The notes beneath the pieces were generated by a model. It had not been told where the DNA came from. It was given only the letters and a program-made list of their open reading frames with translations, and did not search any database. Shown piece after piece: positions 9,784-19,517 of a DNA stretch of 64,000 bases; within the stretch, counting starts at the first letter, position 1, and every line of letters begins with the position of its first letter. The stretch is taken from contig CAMAPH010000003.1 in assembly GCA_945859975.1 (NCBI GenBank), forward strand, positions 90,871 to 154,870. The letters run 5' to 3'. The DNA is from Chthonomonas calidirosea. Its GTDB lineage: Bacteria > Armatimonadota > Fimbriimonadia > Fimbriimonadales > Fimbriimonadaceae. The translations under genes and the position numbers were made by a program.

Positions 9784-10017
9784 TCAGACAATCTCCTTGA
9801 TCTCGAACCGCTCAATGACTGGGTTTGCCAGGAGCTTCTCGCACATTTCCTTGACGCGAGCTTCTGAGTACTCAGCAAGTTCGATCTCGATCAGCTTGCC
9901 CACTCGCACTTCGCTCACTTCGGTGAAACCAAGATTTTGGAGCGAGCCGGCCACGGTTCTCCCTGCGGAGTCAAGCAATGAGGGCTTTAGCGTAACGAGA
10001 ATTTGAGCGCGGGCCAC
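9784..10017 (-). CDS. purS: FGAM synthase subunit PurS
   Basis: VTLKPSLLD..G, VRVGK, LLANPVIE; likely GTG start 10017. Confidence 0.93.
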   Translation of the reverse strand: MARAQILVTLKPSLLDSAGRTVAGSLQNLGFTEVSEVRVGKLIEIELAEYSEARVKEMCEKLLANPVIERFEIKEIV

Positions 10018-10062
10018 ATCTATAGTTTGGCTTATTCTGGCCACACCGGTAGACTCCCGCCA

Positions 10063-10932
10063 ATGAAACTGAAGCTAGGATTACCGAAAGGGAGCTTACA
10101 AGAGGCCACATTTGCGCTTTTTGCTCGTGCCGGCTATTCGATCAAGGTCGACGGACGATCCTATCAGCCTATCGTTGACGACGAAACGCTGGAGCCAGTC
10201 CTCCTGCGTCCGCAAGAGATTCCACTTTACGTTGCCGACGGCGTGATTGACGCTGGCCTTACAGGTAAAGACTGGATTGAGGACACGGGCGCGGACCTCC
10301 AAGAGATCTGCGAACTGCGTTACAGCAAGCTCACGAACAATCCGATTCGCATTGTTCTCGCCGTTCACCAGGACAGCGACATCCACTCGGCTGCAGACCT
10401 GGCCGGAAAGCGATTGGCCAGCGAGTACGTTCGTCTCACGCAGCGATATCTCGACAAGCACGGTGTCCAAGCCGAGGTTGAGTTCAGTTGGGGTGCAGAC
10501 GAAGTAAAGGTGCCGACCCTCGTTGATGCGATCGTCGTAAACACCGAAACCGGAAACTCCCTCCGAGCACACAACCTCCGAATCGTGGACACCCTGCTAA
10601 CTTCCACCACTCGATTCGTCGCTTCGAATCAGGCTTGGGCTGATCCTTGGAAACGAGAACGAATCGAGTCGCTCCAGATTCTGCTCACCGGAGCTATGAA
10701 CGCTTCGAAGCTGGTGGGGCTGAAGATGAACTTGCCAAAAGCGAGCCAATCTGAAATCCTATCAATTCTCCCGGCGTTGAACACACCAACGCTATCCACC
10801 CTGTCCGATGAGAATTGGGTGGCGGCCGAGGTCATTCTCAGCGAAAAGGAAGTACGGGACCTGATCCCGGCTCTAAAGCGCGCAGGCGCAACGGGATTGG
10901 TGGAGTACCCACTAAATAAGGTCATCTATTAG
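10063..10932 (+). CDS. hisG: ATP phosphoribosyltransferase (long form)
   Basis: LPKGSL, RPQEIP, DAGLTG, ETGNSL, C-terminal regulatory domain; start ATG 10063. Confidence 0.95.
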   Translation: MKLKLGLPKGSLQEATFALFARAGYSIKVDGRSYQPIVDDETLEPVLLRPQEIPLYVADGVIDAGLTGKDWIEDTGADLQEICELRYSKLTNNPIRIVLAVHQDSDIHSAADLAGKRLASEYVRLTQRYLDKHGVQAEVEFSWGADEVKVPTLVDAIVVNTETGNSLRAHNLRIVDTLLTSTTRFVASNQAWADPWKRERIESLQILLTGAMNASKLVGLKMNLPKASQSEILSILPALNTPTLSTLSDENWVAAEVILSEKEVRDLIPALKRAGATGLVEYPLNKVIY

Positions 10933-10949
10933 GTCACACTAAACACTAG

Positions 10950-12014
10950 ATGACCACTCCCCTCGATCTCGGAAATCGCCAGGTACTTACCGAACTTGAC
11001 CCGCTCGGCATGCTCGCCTTGATCGAGGACTTTCCTGATCAGTGCCGACGGGCCTATGCGATCGCATTGGCCGCCGAAGTAGGCAGCCTCAACTTCGAGC
11101 CATCGTTCGCCGTGCTGAGCGGCATGGGTGGATCTGCGGCAGGCGGAGATTTTGTCAAAGCCGTTTTCGAAGCGCAAGGCACGATTCCCTTCCAAGTGAT
11201 CCGAGATTACGACGTTCCGAACGGCGTTGGACCCAACACGGTTGTGTTCATCGCAAGCTATTCGGGAAACACCGAAGAAACCCTCAGCGCATACGAGCAG
11301 GCAACCGAGCGCGGAGCGCACATCGTTGTCGTGAGCAGTGGCGGCAAGATTTCTGAGCTCGCAAAAGAGCGCAATCAAACGTTGATCACGGTTCCCGGAG
11401 GCCAGCCGCCTAGATCGGCACTGGGCTACATGTTGATTCCCGTTCTCGTGGCTTGCGAAAAGCTCGGACTCATTCCGGCTCAGCCGTACGAATCAGCTTT
11501 CGCTCTGCTCGACCAGGTAACGGCCGACCTTGGTCCAGCCGCACCAAACAACGACGCGATGGCGCTTGCAAACCAGTTCCACGGAAAAGTTGGCCTCTGC
11601 TACGGCCTTGGCGGATACCGTGGCTACATCGGAAATCGCTGGCGATGCCAGTTCAACGAGAACGCGAAATACCTGCTGTTTGCAAACTCGTATCCTGAGC
11701 TTTGCCATAACGAGATCGTGGGCTGGGTCGAGGCGAAGCAACAAGCCGATGCTTTCTTTGGCGTCGTTTTGCAAGATGGAACTGAGCCGGAGCGCATGAA
11801 AGTTCGGGCACAGGTTACGGCCCAGGTCATCGGCGAGGACGTGGCCACGTTTGCCCCGGTTTTTGCTCGGGGAGAAGCCTTGCTTGAGCGCATGTTGACT
11901 CTCACGTTCATCGGTGACTGGGTAAGCATTTATCTGGCGCGACTCAATGGCGCGGATCCAACCCAGATTGCCAACATCGACACCTTGAAGACCGAGCTGG
12001 CCAAACTCGGATAA
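10950..12014 (+). CDS. bifunctional phosphoglucose/phosphomannose isomerase (SIS)
   Basis: GMGGSA, SYSGNTEET, SSGG, NENAK, PELCHNEI. Confidence 0.92.
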   Translation: MTTPLDLGNRQVLTELDPLGMLALIEDFPDQCRRAYAIALAAEVGSLNFEPSFAVLSGMGGSAAGGDFVKAVFEAQGTIPFQVIRDYDVPNGVGPNTVVFIASYSGNTEETLSAYEQATERGAHIVVVSSGGKISELAKERNQTLITVPGGQPPRSALGYMLIPVLVACEKLGLIPAQPYESAFALLDQVTADLGPAAPNNDAMALANQFHGKVGLCYGLGGYRGYIGNRWRCQFNENAKYLLFANSYPELCHNEIVGWVEAKQQADAFFGVVLQDGTEPERMKVRAQVTAQVIGEDVATFAPVFARGEALLERMLTLTFIGDWVSIYLARLNGADPTQIANIDTLKTELAKLG

Positions 12015-13225
12015 TGGCGACGCGTAGCCATTCCGAGATTCGCGAACGGTTCCCGGCCTTGGCTTCAGGCTATGTCTTCATGGACAACGCCGGCGGGTCA
12101 CAGGTGCCGATCGACGTGATTGAAGCGACGACCCGCTACTTCCACGAAACCTATGTACAGGTCGGCGGGGCGTATCCGGCGTCCATCGCGGCGACCGAGA
12201 ACATTCAACTCGCACGAGAATTCCTCCGCCAATTCTTTGGGGACGATGTTGCTCAAGCACAGGGTGAGGTGATTCTCGGTTCGTCGACAACCGTGCTCAT
12301 GAACCTGCTAGCGGACGCAATCGCAAACCAGTTGCCAGCCGGTGCCGAGATAATCGTTGCAGAAAGCGGTCACGAAGCGAACGTTGGCCCCTGGGTGCGG
12401 CTTGAGGATCGTGGGTTCAAAGTGACACTTTGGCCCATCGATTCCGAAACGGGCCACTGTCGGCCCGAGACCCTAGCCTCGCTTGTGACCGAGAAGACGG
12501 CCATCGTTGCCTGCCCGCACGTTTCGAACCTTCTCGGGTCGGTCGAAGACATCCGGACCGTAACGGCAATCGCTCACAAAGTCGGCGCGCAGGTGGTGGT
12601 AGACGGCGTTGCCTTCGCTCCGCATCTTCCGCTTCAAGTTCTGGACTGGGGCGTCGATTGGTATGTGTTCAGCGCCTATAAGGTCTTCGGGCCACACATG
12701 GCAGCGCTTTGGGGCAGGACATCTCAGCTTCAAGCACTGAAAGGTCCAAATCACTTCTTCATCCCGCAGGACGGAACGGCGTATGCATTCGAACCTGGTG
12801 GACCGAACCACGAGGGTTGCGCCGGAATTCGCGGACTGGAACGCTACTTGGAGTGGCTCGCTCCCGGCGGCAAGCAAGCCGCCATGGCCCGAGTTGCCGA
12901 GATTGAAGCACCCCTTACCGAGCAGCTTCTGGCGTTTCTAAACTCGAAGCCGAATGTCCGCATCATCGGGCCAAAGGACGCTTCTTCCGAACGGCTGCCG
13001 ACGATCTCCTTCGTCCACGCCAGCTTAAGCAATGCTCAGATCGTAGCTACCGCTGCCGAGCACGGCATCGGAATCAAGTCGGGACATTTCTACTCTTATC
13101 GACTGTGCGAAGGGCTCGGACTTTCGCCCGAAGAAGGTGTGGCTAGAATAAGCCTGTCGCACACTACGAGCCAACTCGAGTTGGAAAAGCTGTTCGACGT
13201 GCTCGGACCAATCCTGTCGGCTTAA
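12014..13225 (+). CDS. cysteine desulfurase-like class V PLP aminotransferase
   Basis: DNAGGSQ, HEANV.PW, VDGVAFAPH, FSAYKVFGPH (PLP lysine). Confidence 0.85.
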   Translation: MATRSHSEIRERFPALASGYVFMDNAGGSQVPIDVIEATTRYFHETYVQVGGAYPASIAATENIQLAREFLRQFFGDDVAQAQGEVILGSSTTVLMNLLADAIANQLPAGAEIIVAESGHEANVGPWVRLEDRGFKVTLWPIDSETGHCRPETLASLVTEKTAIVACPHVSNLLGSVEDIRTVTAIAHKVGAQVVVDGVAFAPHLPLQVLDWGVDWYVFSAYKVFGPHMAALWGRTSQLQALKGPNHFFIPQDGTAYAFEPGGPNHEGCAGIRGLERYLEWLAPGGKQAAMARVAEIEAPLTEQLLAFLNSKPNVRIIGPKDASSERLPTISFVHASLSNAQIVATAAEHGIGIKSGHFYSYRLCEGLGLSPEEGVARISLSHTTSQLELEKLFDVLGPILSA

Positions 13226-13836
13226 GCCGGGACTGAAATCCGGTCGTCGATAAAGTTCAGGACCGCGGCGACGTTAAGGTCGGTATCGACTTCGCCACTG
13301 ACCACGACGTCCGCAAGGTCGCGGATCGGCTGTACGTAGCGATAAAACATTGGCGTGACCTGGTTTCGGAACCGGGCCATGACTTCTTTCTCGTCACGTC
13401 CCCGCTCGCGAACGTCTCGGTCCAATCGGCGGCGTAGGCATTCTTCCTCTCCGGTGTCAACGAAGATGCTGACGTCGCAGATTTCGCGAATCGGGGAATA
13501 GCAAAGGGAGAAGATGCCTTCAATCATCACCGTCTTGCGAGGAAGTACCTTGTGACGGCGTGGGCTGCGGGTGTGCTTCGTAAAATCGTAGCGTGGCGCA
13601 TCGATGGCTCGTCCGGCACGGAGGAGTTCAATGTGCTGTTGCAGAAGCTCGTGATCGATGGCCTCCGGGTCGTCAAAGTTGACCCGGCATCGCTCTTCGA
13701 ACGGAAGATGGTCCAGCGGACGGTAGTAGTCGTCCGTGCGAATAATCACGGCTTCCAATCGTGCCGCAAGCGCGTCGGCAAGCGTAGTTTTCCCGCTCGC
13801 TGATCCCCCTGCTATTCCGATTGTTGTACGATACAT
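13222..13836 (-). CDS. udk: uridine kinase
   Basis: IGIAGGSASGKTT, DDYY, NFDDP, EGIF, RRLDRDVRERGR; start placed at ATG 13836. Confidence 0.9.
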   Translation of the reverse strand: MYRTTIGIAGGSASGKTTLADALAARLEAVIIRTDDYYRPLDHLPFEERCRVNFDDPEAIDHELLQQHIELLRAGRAIDAPRYDFTKHTRSPRRHKVLPRKTVMIEGIFSLCYSPIREICDVSIFVDTGEEECLRRRLDRDVRERGRDEKEVMARFRNQVTPMFYRYVQPIRDLADVVVSGEVDTDLNVAAVLNFIDDRISVPA

Positions 13837-13981
13837 CCCCGATTCTGAGGGTACCAGCAAAGAGCTGGGGGTATCCAAACTTGGCTGATCTTGCGCCCGG
13901 AAGCACAACATTGGTTACTACCATATTCGAACTCCTAACCAGATCAACGGTTCGCGAACTCAAAAAGACTGCGAGAGACGG

Positions 13982-14923
13982 CTACTTGGAACTTAGCTTC
14001 AGCGAACGGCTTATCCGGCTCAGAACATCATCCACGGAAATTCCGCTGAGCGACTCGGAATCGTATAAGCAGTTCTCGACTTGGCCATATGGGCAAGATC
14101 GCTTTGGACGCGTGATACTGTAAAGCCCGATGGCGGGGGTGCCGACAGCAGCGGCGATGTGCGTGCTACCCGTGTCTCCCCCGACATGGATGGACGCCAT
14201 TCGGATCAGTGCTACCAATTCACGAACATTCGTTTCACCGATAAGATCGACAAACGTGCCTCCGGCAGCGGCGACTTCCGCGCCGGCCGCGCGATCAGCA
14301 GCCGCTGGACCACCGACCAGAACCGTCGGCAGATCATCGGAACGGCAAGCCTCAATGAGCTTGGCAAAGCTTTCTGCCGGCCAACGCTTGGTCGCCCAGC
14401 CCGCACCCGCGTTCATTACGGCGAACCGACCGACGAGACCGCGCTCCTTAAGCTTCTTTCTTACCGACAGCACGTCGGCTTCCGGGGCTTTTAGCCGAAA
14501 CTCAGCTTGATCAACTTCAACCCCATAGGCTCGGACCACGTCAACGTACTGATCAACAATGTGGAACGAGGTCGGGTCTGGCTTAACCGCGCCAGAAAAG
14601 AGCCAACTTCCCTCTCGCTGCCAGTGGTAGCCAAGCTTGACCTCCGCCTTGGCGCGCGCTAGGCAAAGACCGCTCTTTAAAAGCCCTTGAAGATCAAACG
14701 CTGCATCAAATCTTTCTGGCCAAGTAGGGATCGCCGAGAGCCCCGGCTTCACGACGGCCACTTCGTCCACCGCATCACAGCATTCGACAATGCCCGCAAA
14801 CCGACGATCAACCGCCCACGTGATGTGGCAGTCTGGATGGGCCGATTTGAGGGCACTCGCCACCGGGAGCGAACAAACAACGTCTCCCAGCGCGGAAAGA
14901 CGAGCGATCAGAAAGCGCTTCAA
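13982..14923 (-). CDS. glycosyltransferase family 9 (LPS heptosyltransferase-like)
   Basis: RLSALGDVV, DLQGLLKS, KRWP, GDTGSTHIAAA. Confidence 0.9.
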   Translation of the reverse strand: MKRFLIARLSALGDVVCSLPVASALKSAHPDCHITWAVDRRFAGIVECCDAVDEVAVVKPGLSAIPTWPERFDAAFDLQGLLKSGLCLARAKAEVKLGYHWQREGSWLFSGAVKPDPTSFHIVDQYVDVVRAYGVEVDQAEFRLKAPEADVLSVRKKLKERGLVGRFAVMNAGAGWATKRWPAESFAKLIEACRSDDLPTVLVGGPAAADRAAGAEVAAAGGTFVDLIGETNVRELVALIRMASIHVGGDTGSTHIAAAVGTPAIGLYSITRPKRSCPYGQVENCLYDSESLSGISVDDVLSRISRSLKLSSK

Positions 14924-15852
14924 ACGTTCACCGCTTGAGACAATTGGTGAAAGGCAGCGAGAACTTCATCTGTCGAAACCGAGGACGTGTCCTCCCCGTG
15001 CTTGAGAACAATGCCATTTGTCGCGTAAGGACGAAAAGTGTTGGGGTCAGTTGGACCAAACACACTCACCACCGGGGTGCCAAGCGCTGCCGCCATGTGC
15101 CCGGTCCCCGTGTCTGCCGCAAGGTGGACTACGCTCCTTGCAACAACGCTCAACGTATCTTTCAATCGCAGTTTCCCGACCTCGTTCGTAACGCCCGGCA
15201 TATCAAAGCCTTTGTCGGTTCGACCACCAAGCAGCGTCACTTCGTAACCGGCAGCGACAACTTGTTCTGCAATATGCTGCCATCGCTCCAAAGGATAGGC
15301 CTTAAATTCTTGCCCGGCGGAAACCGAAATGCTCACTAACTTCGGATTTGTCTCGGACGAAACAGCGGGCATCACCGGCATCTTGGGAAGACTGTAGTCC
15401 CCCATTGTTTGCAGGACACGCTGAAACCACTCGATTTGATGAAGCCCTTCCGGGCGATTGCCAAGGACAGGATTCAGCTTCGCCGCGAAGCCATCTGTTG
15501 CCGCCGCAGAAATACGTCGCTTCGGGGAGGCAATGCGAAGGCAAATGGCAGTTTTAGAGTGTCCTTGAAGATCGATGCCGAAGTCGAAGCCGATCTTCCG
15601 TAATCGGGTGTGCTTTAAAACTTGCTCCTGCCAGGTTGTCGGAGACCATTTTTTCAGCCGCCATCGATCTCGCGGAAACTCAACCCGCTGGCTTACGAGC
15701 CGATGCCGATCGATCACCGGAGCGCAACGGCCCTCAACGGCCCACACCAAGAAAGCATCCGGATGCCGTTCTTTTATCGAGGTCGCCGTCCACGCCGCCA
15801 TCACGCAGTCACCGATTGCGCTGAAGCGAACCAACAGAATCTTTGGCCCCAT
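14920..15852 (-). CDS. glycosyltransferase family 9 (LPS heptosyltransferase-like)
   Basis: RFSAIGDCV, DLQGHSKT, DTGTGHMAAALGTP..FGPT. Confidence 0.9.
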   Translation of the reverse strand: MGPKILLVRFSAIGDCVMAAWTATSIKERHPDAFLVWAVEGRCAPVIDRHRLVSQRVEFPRDRWRLKKWSPTTWQEQVLKHTRLRKIGFDFGIDLQGHSKTAICLRIASPKRRISAAATDGFAAKLNPVLGNRPEGLHQIEWFQRVLQTMGDYSLPKMPVMPAVSSETNPKLVSISVSAGQEFKAYPLERWQHIAEQVVAAGYEVTLLGGRTDKGFDMPGVTNEVGKLRLKDTLSVVARSVVHLAADTGTGHMAAALGTPVVSVFGPTDPNTFRPYATNGIVLKHGEDTSSVSTDEVLAAFHQLSQAVNV

Positions 15853-15863
15853 GTACTTTTAGT

Positions 15864-16763
15864 TTAACGCGCTGTGATAAGTCCAGCACGTTTTGCGCTT
15901 CGCCAACGATCGTGGAGCCAAAGGTACTGCTCGGGATACTCCCGAATGACTGATTCAAGGACTGCGTTCATCTCAGCCGCGATCTGGGTCGGATCATCGC
16001 ACGTATTGTCTGGGTCGATCATCGGTTTCACGATGCAGTGGAATTTGCCGACGCCAACTTTTGCGCAATACACCGGAACCAGAGGCGCGCCGCTGCGCTT
16101 GTGAATAATCGCTGGACCAAGGACCGTGCCGCAGGGGTAGCCGAAGAACGGAACGAAGCACTCGGAAGAGTTCTGATCCGGTAGTACCGCCACCAGCCGC
16201 TTGGATTTGAGTGCGCTCAGCATCCCGCGGGCCGCGCTGCCTCGGCTTAAAACTTCAATCCCGGTGCTTTCCCGGAACTTCAGAACCTTGCTCTGAAAGC
16301 CTTCATCCTCAACGTCGCGAGCAACCACCGTGATGGGCCAATCAAGCGCCGTTCCGAACGCCGCAAACCGCTCCCAGTTCCCGAAGTGCGCGGTGAGGGC
16401 AAGGATGCCTTTGTCTTGCTCTTTCGCGGCGTTCACGTATTCCTCGCCCTCGTAAGTTGTGCTGGCGATTAGTTGCTCCTTCGTTCGCAAGCGGCTCCGA
16501 AGAAAATCGGCCATGAGCATTCCGAAATGCTCGAAAGTTCGCGTGCCTAGGCGAAGAACCTGAGCTTCGTTAAGTTCTGGAAACGCCATCGCAACGTTGG
16601 CGAGCGTCTGGGTTCGGTGCTTTTTGTCTAAGCGCATGAAGAGGCGGCCCAGTTGGGCGCCTCGGCGCTCCGCATCGGCTTCGCTCTTTTTCTCAAAATG
16701 CCGGACCGCATGGTCGAACACGTTGCTGGCCAATCGGTTAAGCGCTTGCTTTTTAGAGATCAT
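15864..16763 (-). CDS. lipid A late acyltransferase (LpxL/HtrB family)
   Basis: AHFGNWE, PDQ, VPFFG, PEQYLWLHDRW; downstream of lpxK. Confidence 0.88.
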   Translation of the reverse strand: MISKKQALNRLASNVFDHAVRHFEKKSEADAERRGAQLGRLFMRLDKKHRTQTLANVAMAFPELNEAQVLRLGTRTFEHFGMLMADFLRSRLRTKEQLIASTTYEGEEYVNAAKEQDKGILALTAHFGNWERFAAFGTALDWPITVVARDVEDEGFQSKVLKFRESTGIEVLSRGSAARGMLSALKSKRLVAVLPDQNSSECFVPFFGYPCGTVLGPAIIHKRSGAPLVPVYCAKVGVGKFHCIVKPMIDPDNTCDDPTQIAAEMNAVLESVIREYPEQYLWLHDRWRSAKRAGLITAR

Positions 16764-17718
16764 TCAACCGCTCTTCTATCCACGTCATAAACTCATCCGC
16801 AGGCTCAATCCGAACGGAATGCTTCGCAACAATCAAGTGCCGCTCGGCGAGGTCTCGTCTCTCGCGAAGCTTTACCCAGTCCTTTTGCGTAGTTATGATC
16901 GGCAGATCCACCGGCACGGGAGCCAAAAGGTTACCTGCCTGCAAATCGTCATGGTCCGGTAAGCGAAGGTCTCGCGCCGGGGGGCCGGATACTTTTCCGC
17001 TCGCCAGCAAACTTTGTAAAAAGCGCTCTGGTTGCCCGATTGCGCTCAGAACCGCGTATTCACCGCCAACCGGGTCAACTTCAAGCGGATTGGCAACCAC
17101 GCGAAAGTCCCCGGGGATGACTAAATCCGCACGTCGCTTGCGCCAGCGGGGCTCGCGGTACGGCCCGGCCGGGAGACAAAGTCGATTTCGTCTAGGCGGA
17201 TCGAGCACGACCGAGACCCGTTTGGCCACCGGCAAATGCTGAAAGCCGTCGTCCATCACCAGAATCGAATCCGCGAACTGCTCTCCGGCAATCGTAGCCG
17301 CGGCGAGCCGGTCTCGACCCACGATGATCGGGACGTTCGGGAGTTCTTCGCGAAAAAGTGCTGGCTCATCTCCCCAAGCCGAAGCTAGGATGGGGCCATC
17401 TGGCGCAAGCTGCGCCCCGGTCGACATGGGCCCACCGTATCCGCTACTGCTGATCACAACCCTATGGCCACGAGCCAAGAGTTGTTGGGCAACGAACACT
17501 ACCGTCGGCGTCTTTCCAACCCCGCCGACGACCAGATTGCCGATGCACAAAGTGCGTGGGTGAGGCATCTTCGCCCGCTTGAGTCCGAGCTTGTACCACG
17601 CCAGATAGCACTCCCATCCGATTGCATAAAGTCCGGCGAGTGGAAGGAGCGCGATCCGCCCCAGAACCGGGCCGATGGCACGTGATTCCCAGAACTCCTC
17701 GACGTGCATGGGACTCAT
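16753..17718 (-). CDS. lpxK: tetraacyldisaccharide 4'-kinase
   Basis: IGNLVVGGVGKTP, GDEP, DDGFQH, LPAGPYREP, DH, TQKDWVK; alternative start at 17709. Confidence 0.93.
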   Translation of the reverse strand: MSPMHVEEFWESRAIGPVLGRIALLPLAGLYAIGWECYLAWYKLGLKRAKMPHPRTLCIGNLVVGGVGKTPTVVFVAQQLLARGHRVVISSSGYGGPMSTGAQLAPDGPILASAWGDEPALFREELPNVPIIVGRDRLAAATIAGEQFADSILVMDDGFQHLPVAKRVSVVLDPPRRNRLCLPAGPYREPRWRKRRADLVIPGDFRVVANPLEVDPVGGEYAVLSAIGQPERFLQSLLASGKVSGPPARDLRLPDHDDLQAGNLLAPVPVDLPIITTQKDWVKLRERRDLAERHLIVAKHSVRIEPADEFMTWIEERLNDL

Positions 17719-17743
17719 TCTGGCAAGGTTCCATACTCAAGAT

Positions 17744-18076
17744 ATGGCGACCCTCTTCACCAAGATCATTGCCCGTGAGATACCGGCCGAGATCGTGTAT
17801 GAAAATGAGCATGTCGTGGCGTTTAAGGACATCGCGCCACAAGCACCCGTGCATATCGTCATCGTGCCGCGCCAAGAGATTCCTGGGCTCGCATCCTTAC
17901 CCGAGACAGGAGACCACTTGGCCATCCTGAACGCGGCAAAAACGATCGCCGAACAGTTCGGGCTCACATCCGGCTATCGGCTGGTGATCAACCAAGGCGA
18001 GGATGCCGGACAGTCGGTGCCCCACCTTCACGCGCATTTGCTTGGCGGGCGAACTTTGAGTTGGCCTCCTGGCTAA
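17744..18076 (+). CDS. histidine triad (HIT) nucleotide-binding protein
   Basis: FTKII.REIPA, DIAPQAPVH, GQSVPHLHAH; start ATG 17744. Confidence 0.93.
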   Translation: MATLFTKIIAREIPAEIVYENEHVVAFKDIAPQAPVHIVIVPRQEIPGLASLPETGDHLAILNAAKTIAEQFGLTSGYRLVINQGEDAGQSVPHLHAHLLGGRTLSWPPG

Positions 18077-18098
18077 AGAGTGCGATATAGTGACGCTT

Positions 18099-19478
18099 AT
18101 GCGTCGTCTCGCCATCGCCCTAATGTTCGTTCTCGGTGCAGCCGTTCCGGCCGATTACCCAATCTTCGAGACGGACTTCATTCCCCCCGCCGAGCATAAA
18201 GAGCGGAGAGACAAGGTGCGTACGGCGATTGCCCAAGGCGGGGTCGCGGTCTTCTTTAGCAACCCGGAGCGAAACCGCAACAACGACGTTGATTTTCAGT
18301 TTCGGCAAGACTCAAACCTCCTCTATTTGACGGGTTTCAACGAACCGGACAGCGCCCTGGTCTTGATTCCAAATGGCATCGAGGTGAACGGCAAAACGGT
18401 TAAAGAAGTTTTGTTCTGCAATGTTGCGACTCCGATGTCGGAAACATGGCTTGGCTACCGCATGCAGCCCAAGGGAGCTGAATCGATCCTGAAGATCGAG
18501 GCAGCGCTTCCGAACACCGACTTCGCAAATTTCCTGAACCGATTGCCGACCGCAAGCGCAGTAAAGGCGACTCTCCCAGATGGTCCAACCGGGCAACTGT
18601 CTCGGATGGTAGAGGCTTACCGGACTTGGGAGGCAAAGACTTCAGCGCCAAAACCAAGCCTGAACGATACGCTCGCGAAGTACCGGGTCATCAAATCTCC
18701 CGATGAGCTGCGACTGATGCGCCGGGCCATTTCCGCTTCGGTTGACGGACACATTGAAATGATGCGGAGCGCGGAAAAGGGCATGAACGAGTACGACCTT
18801 GGCGCGATCTTCCACTACGTAATTGGACGCCGAGGGTGTGAGTACGTGGGCTATCCGAACATCGTCGGTAGCGGCCCGAACGCCTGCACTTTGCACTACA
18901 CGGCGAATCGCCGAAAAGTGACCGGAGATGACCTGATCTGTGTGGACGCCGGGGGCGAGTACCACGGCTACACCGCCGACGTCACCCGAACCTGGCCCAT
19001 CGATGGCACATTCAACCCGGAACAAAAGGCGATTTACGAACTCGTGCGAGAGGCCCAAGAAGCTGGAATCCGCGAATGCGTCAGCGGCAAGCCATTCAGT
19101 GGTACCGATCGAGCCGCGCGATCGGTGATTGCGAAAGGCTTGGTCAAACTTGGAATCATCAAGAAGGAGAATGAGGCCGGGATGTACTTCATGCACGGCA
19201 CCTCGCACTTCCTGGGACTTGACGTCCACGATTCACAAGGCGCCAACGTGCTGGCACCGAACATGGTGCTCACGGTGGAGCCGGGCATTTACATCAAGGC
19301 AGGCAGCCCGTGCGACCAAAAGTGGTGGAACATTGGCGTGCGCATTGAGGACGACATTCTGGTGACGAGCGGCGCACCCGTGAATCTAAGCGCCAAAGCC
19401 CCACGTACGATCGCGGAGATTGAGAAGCTGATGGCACAGACCGGGATCGGAAACGTCCTCTTCGGCACGGACAAGTAA
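18099..19478 (+). CDS. Xaa-Pro aminopeptidase (M24B) with probable signal peptide
   Basis: FRQDS..YLTG, LHY, DAG, ADVTRT, HGTSHFLGLDVHD, EPGIY, GVRIEDD. Confidence 0.92.
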   Translation: MRRLAIALMFVLGAAVPADYPIFETDFIPPAEHKERRDKVRTAIAQGGVAVFFSNPERNRNNDVDFQFRQDSNLLYLTGFNEPDSALVLIPNGIEVNGKTVKEVLFCNVATPMSETWLGYRMQPKGAESILKIEAALPNTDFANFLNRLPTASAVKATLPDGPTGQLSRMVEAYRTWEAKTSAPKPSLNDTLAKYRVIKSPDELRLMRRAISASVDGHIEMMRSAEKGMNEYDLGAIFHYVIGRRGCEYVGYPNIVGSGPNACTLHYTANRRKVTGDDLICVDAGGEYHGYTADVTRTWPIDGTFNPEQKAIYELVREAQEAGIRECVSGKPFSGTDRAARSVIAKGLVKLGIIKKENEAGMYFMHGTSHFLGLDVHDSQGANVLAPNMVLTVEPGIYIKAGSPCDQKWWNIGVRIEDDILVTSGAPVNLSAKAPRTIAEIEKLMAQTGIGNVLFGTDK

Positions 19479-19482
19479 AGCC

Positions 19483-19513
19483 ACGGTCCCTGGCAAATTT
19501 TGCCAGGGACCGT
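19483..19513. terminator. inverted repeat between convergent genes
   Basis: acggtccctggcaaa-t-tttgccagggaccgt, perfect 15-bp arms. Confidence 0.8.
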
Positions 19514-19517
19514 CAAC

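Noticed and set aside
13837..13981. Possible riboswitch or attenuator upstream of udk
   Set aside because: No recognisable PyrR loop or riboswitch consensus seen by eye.
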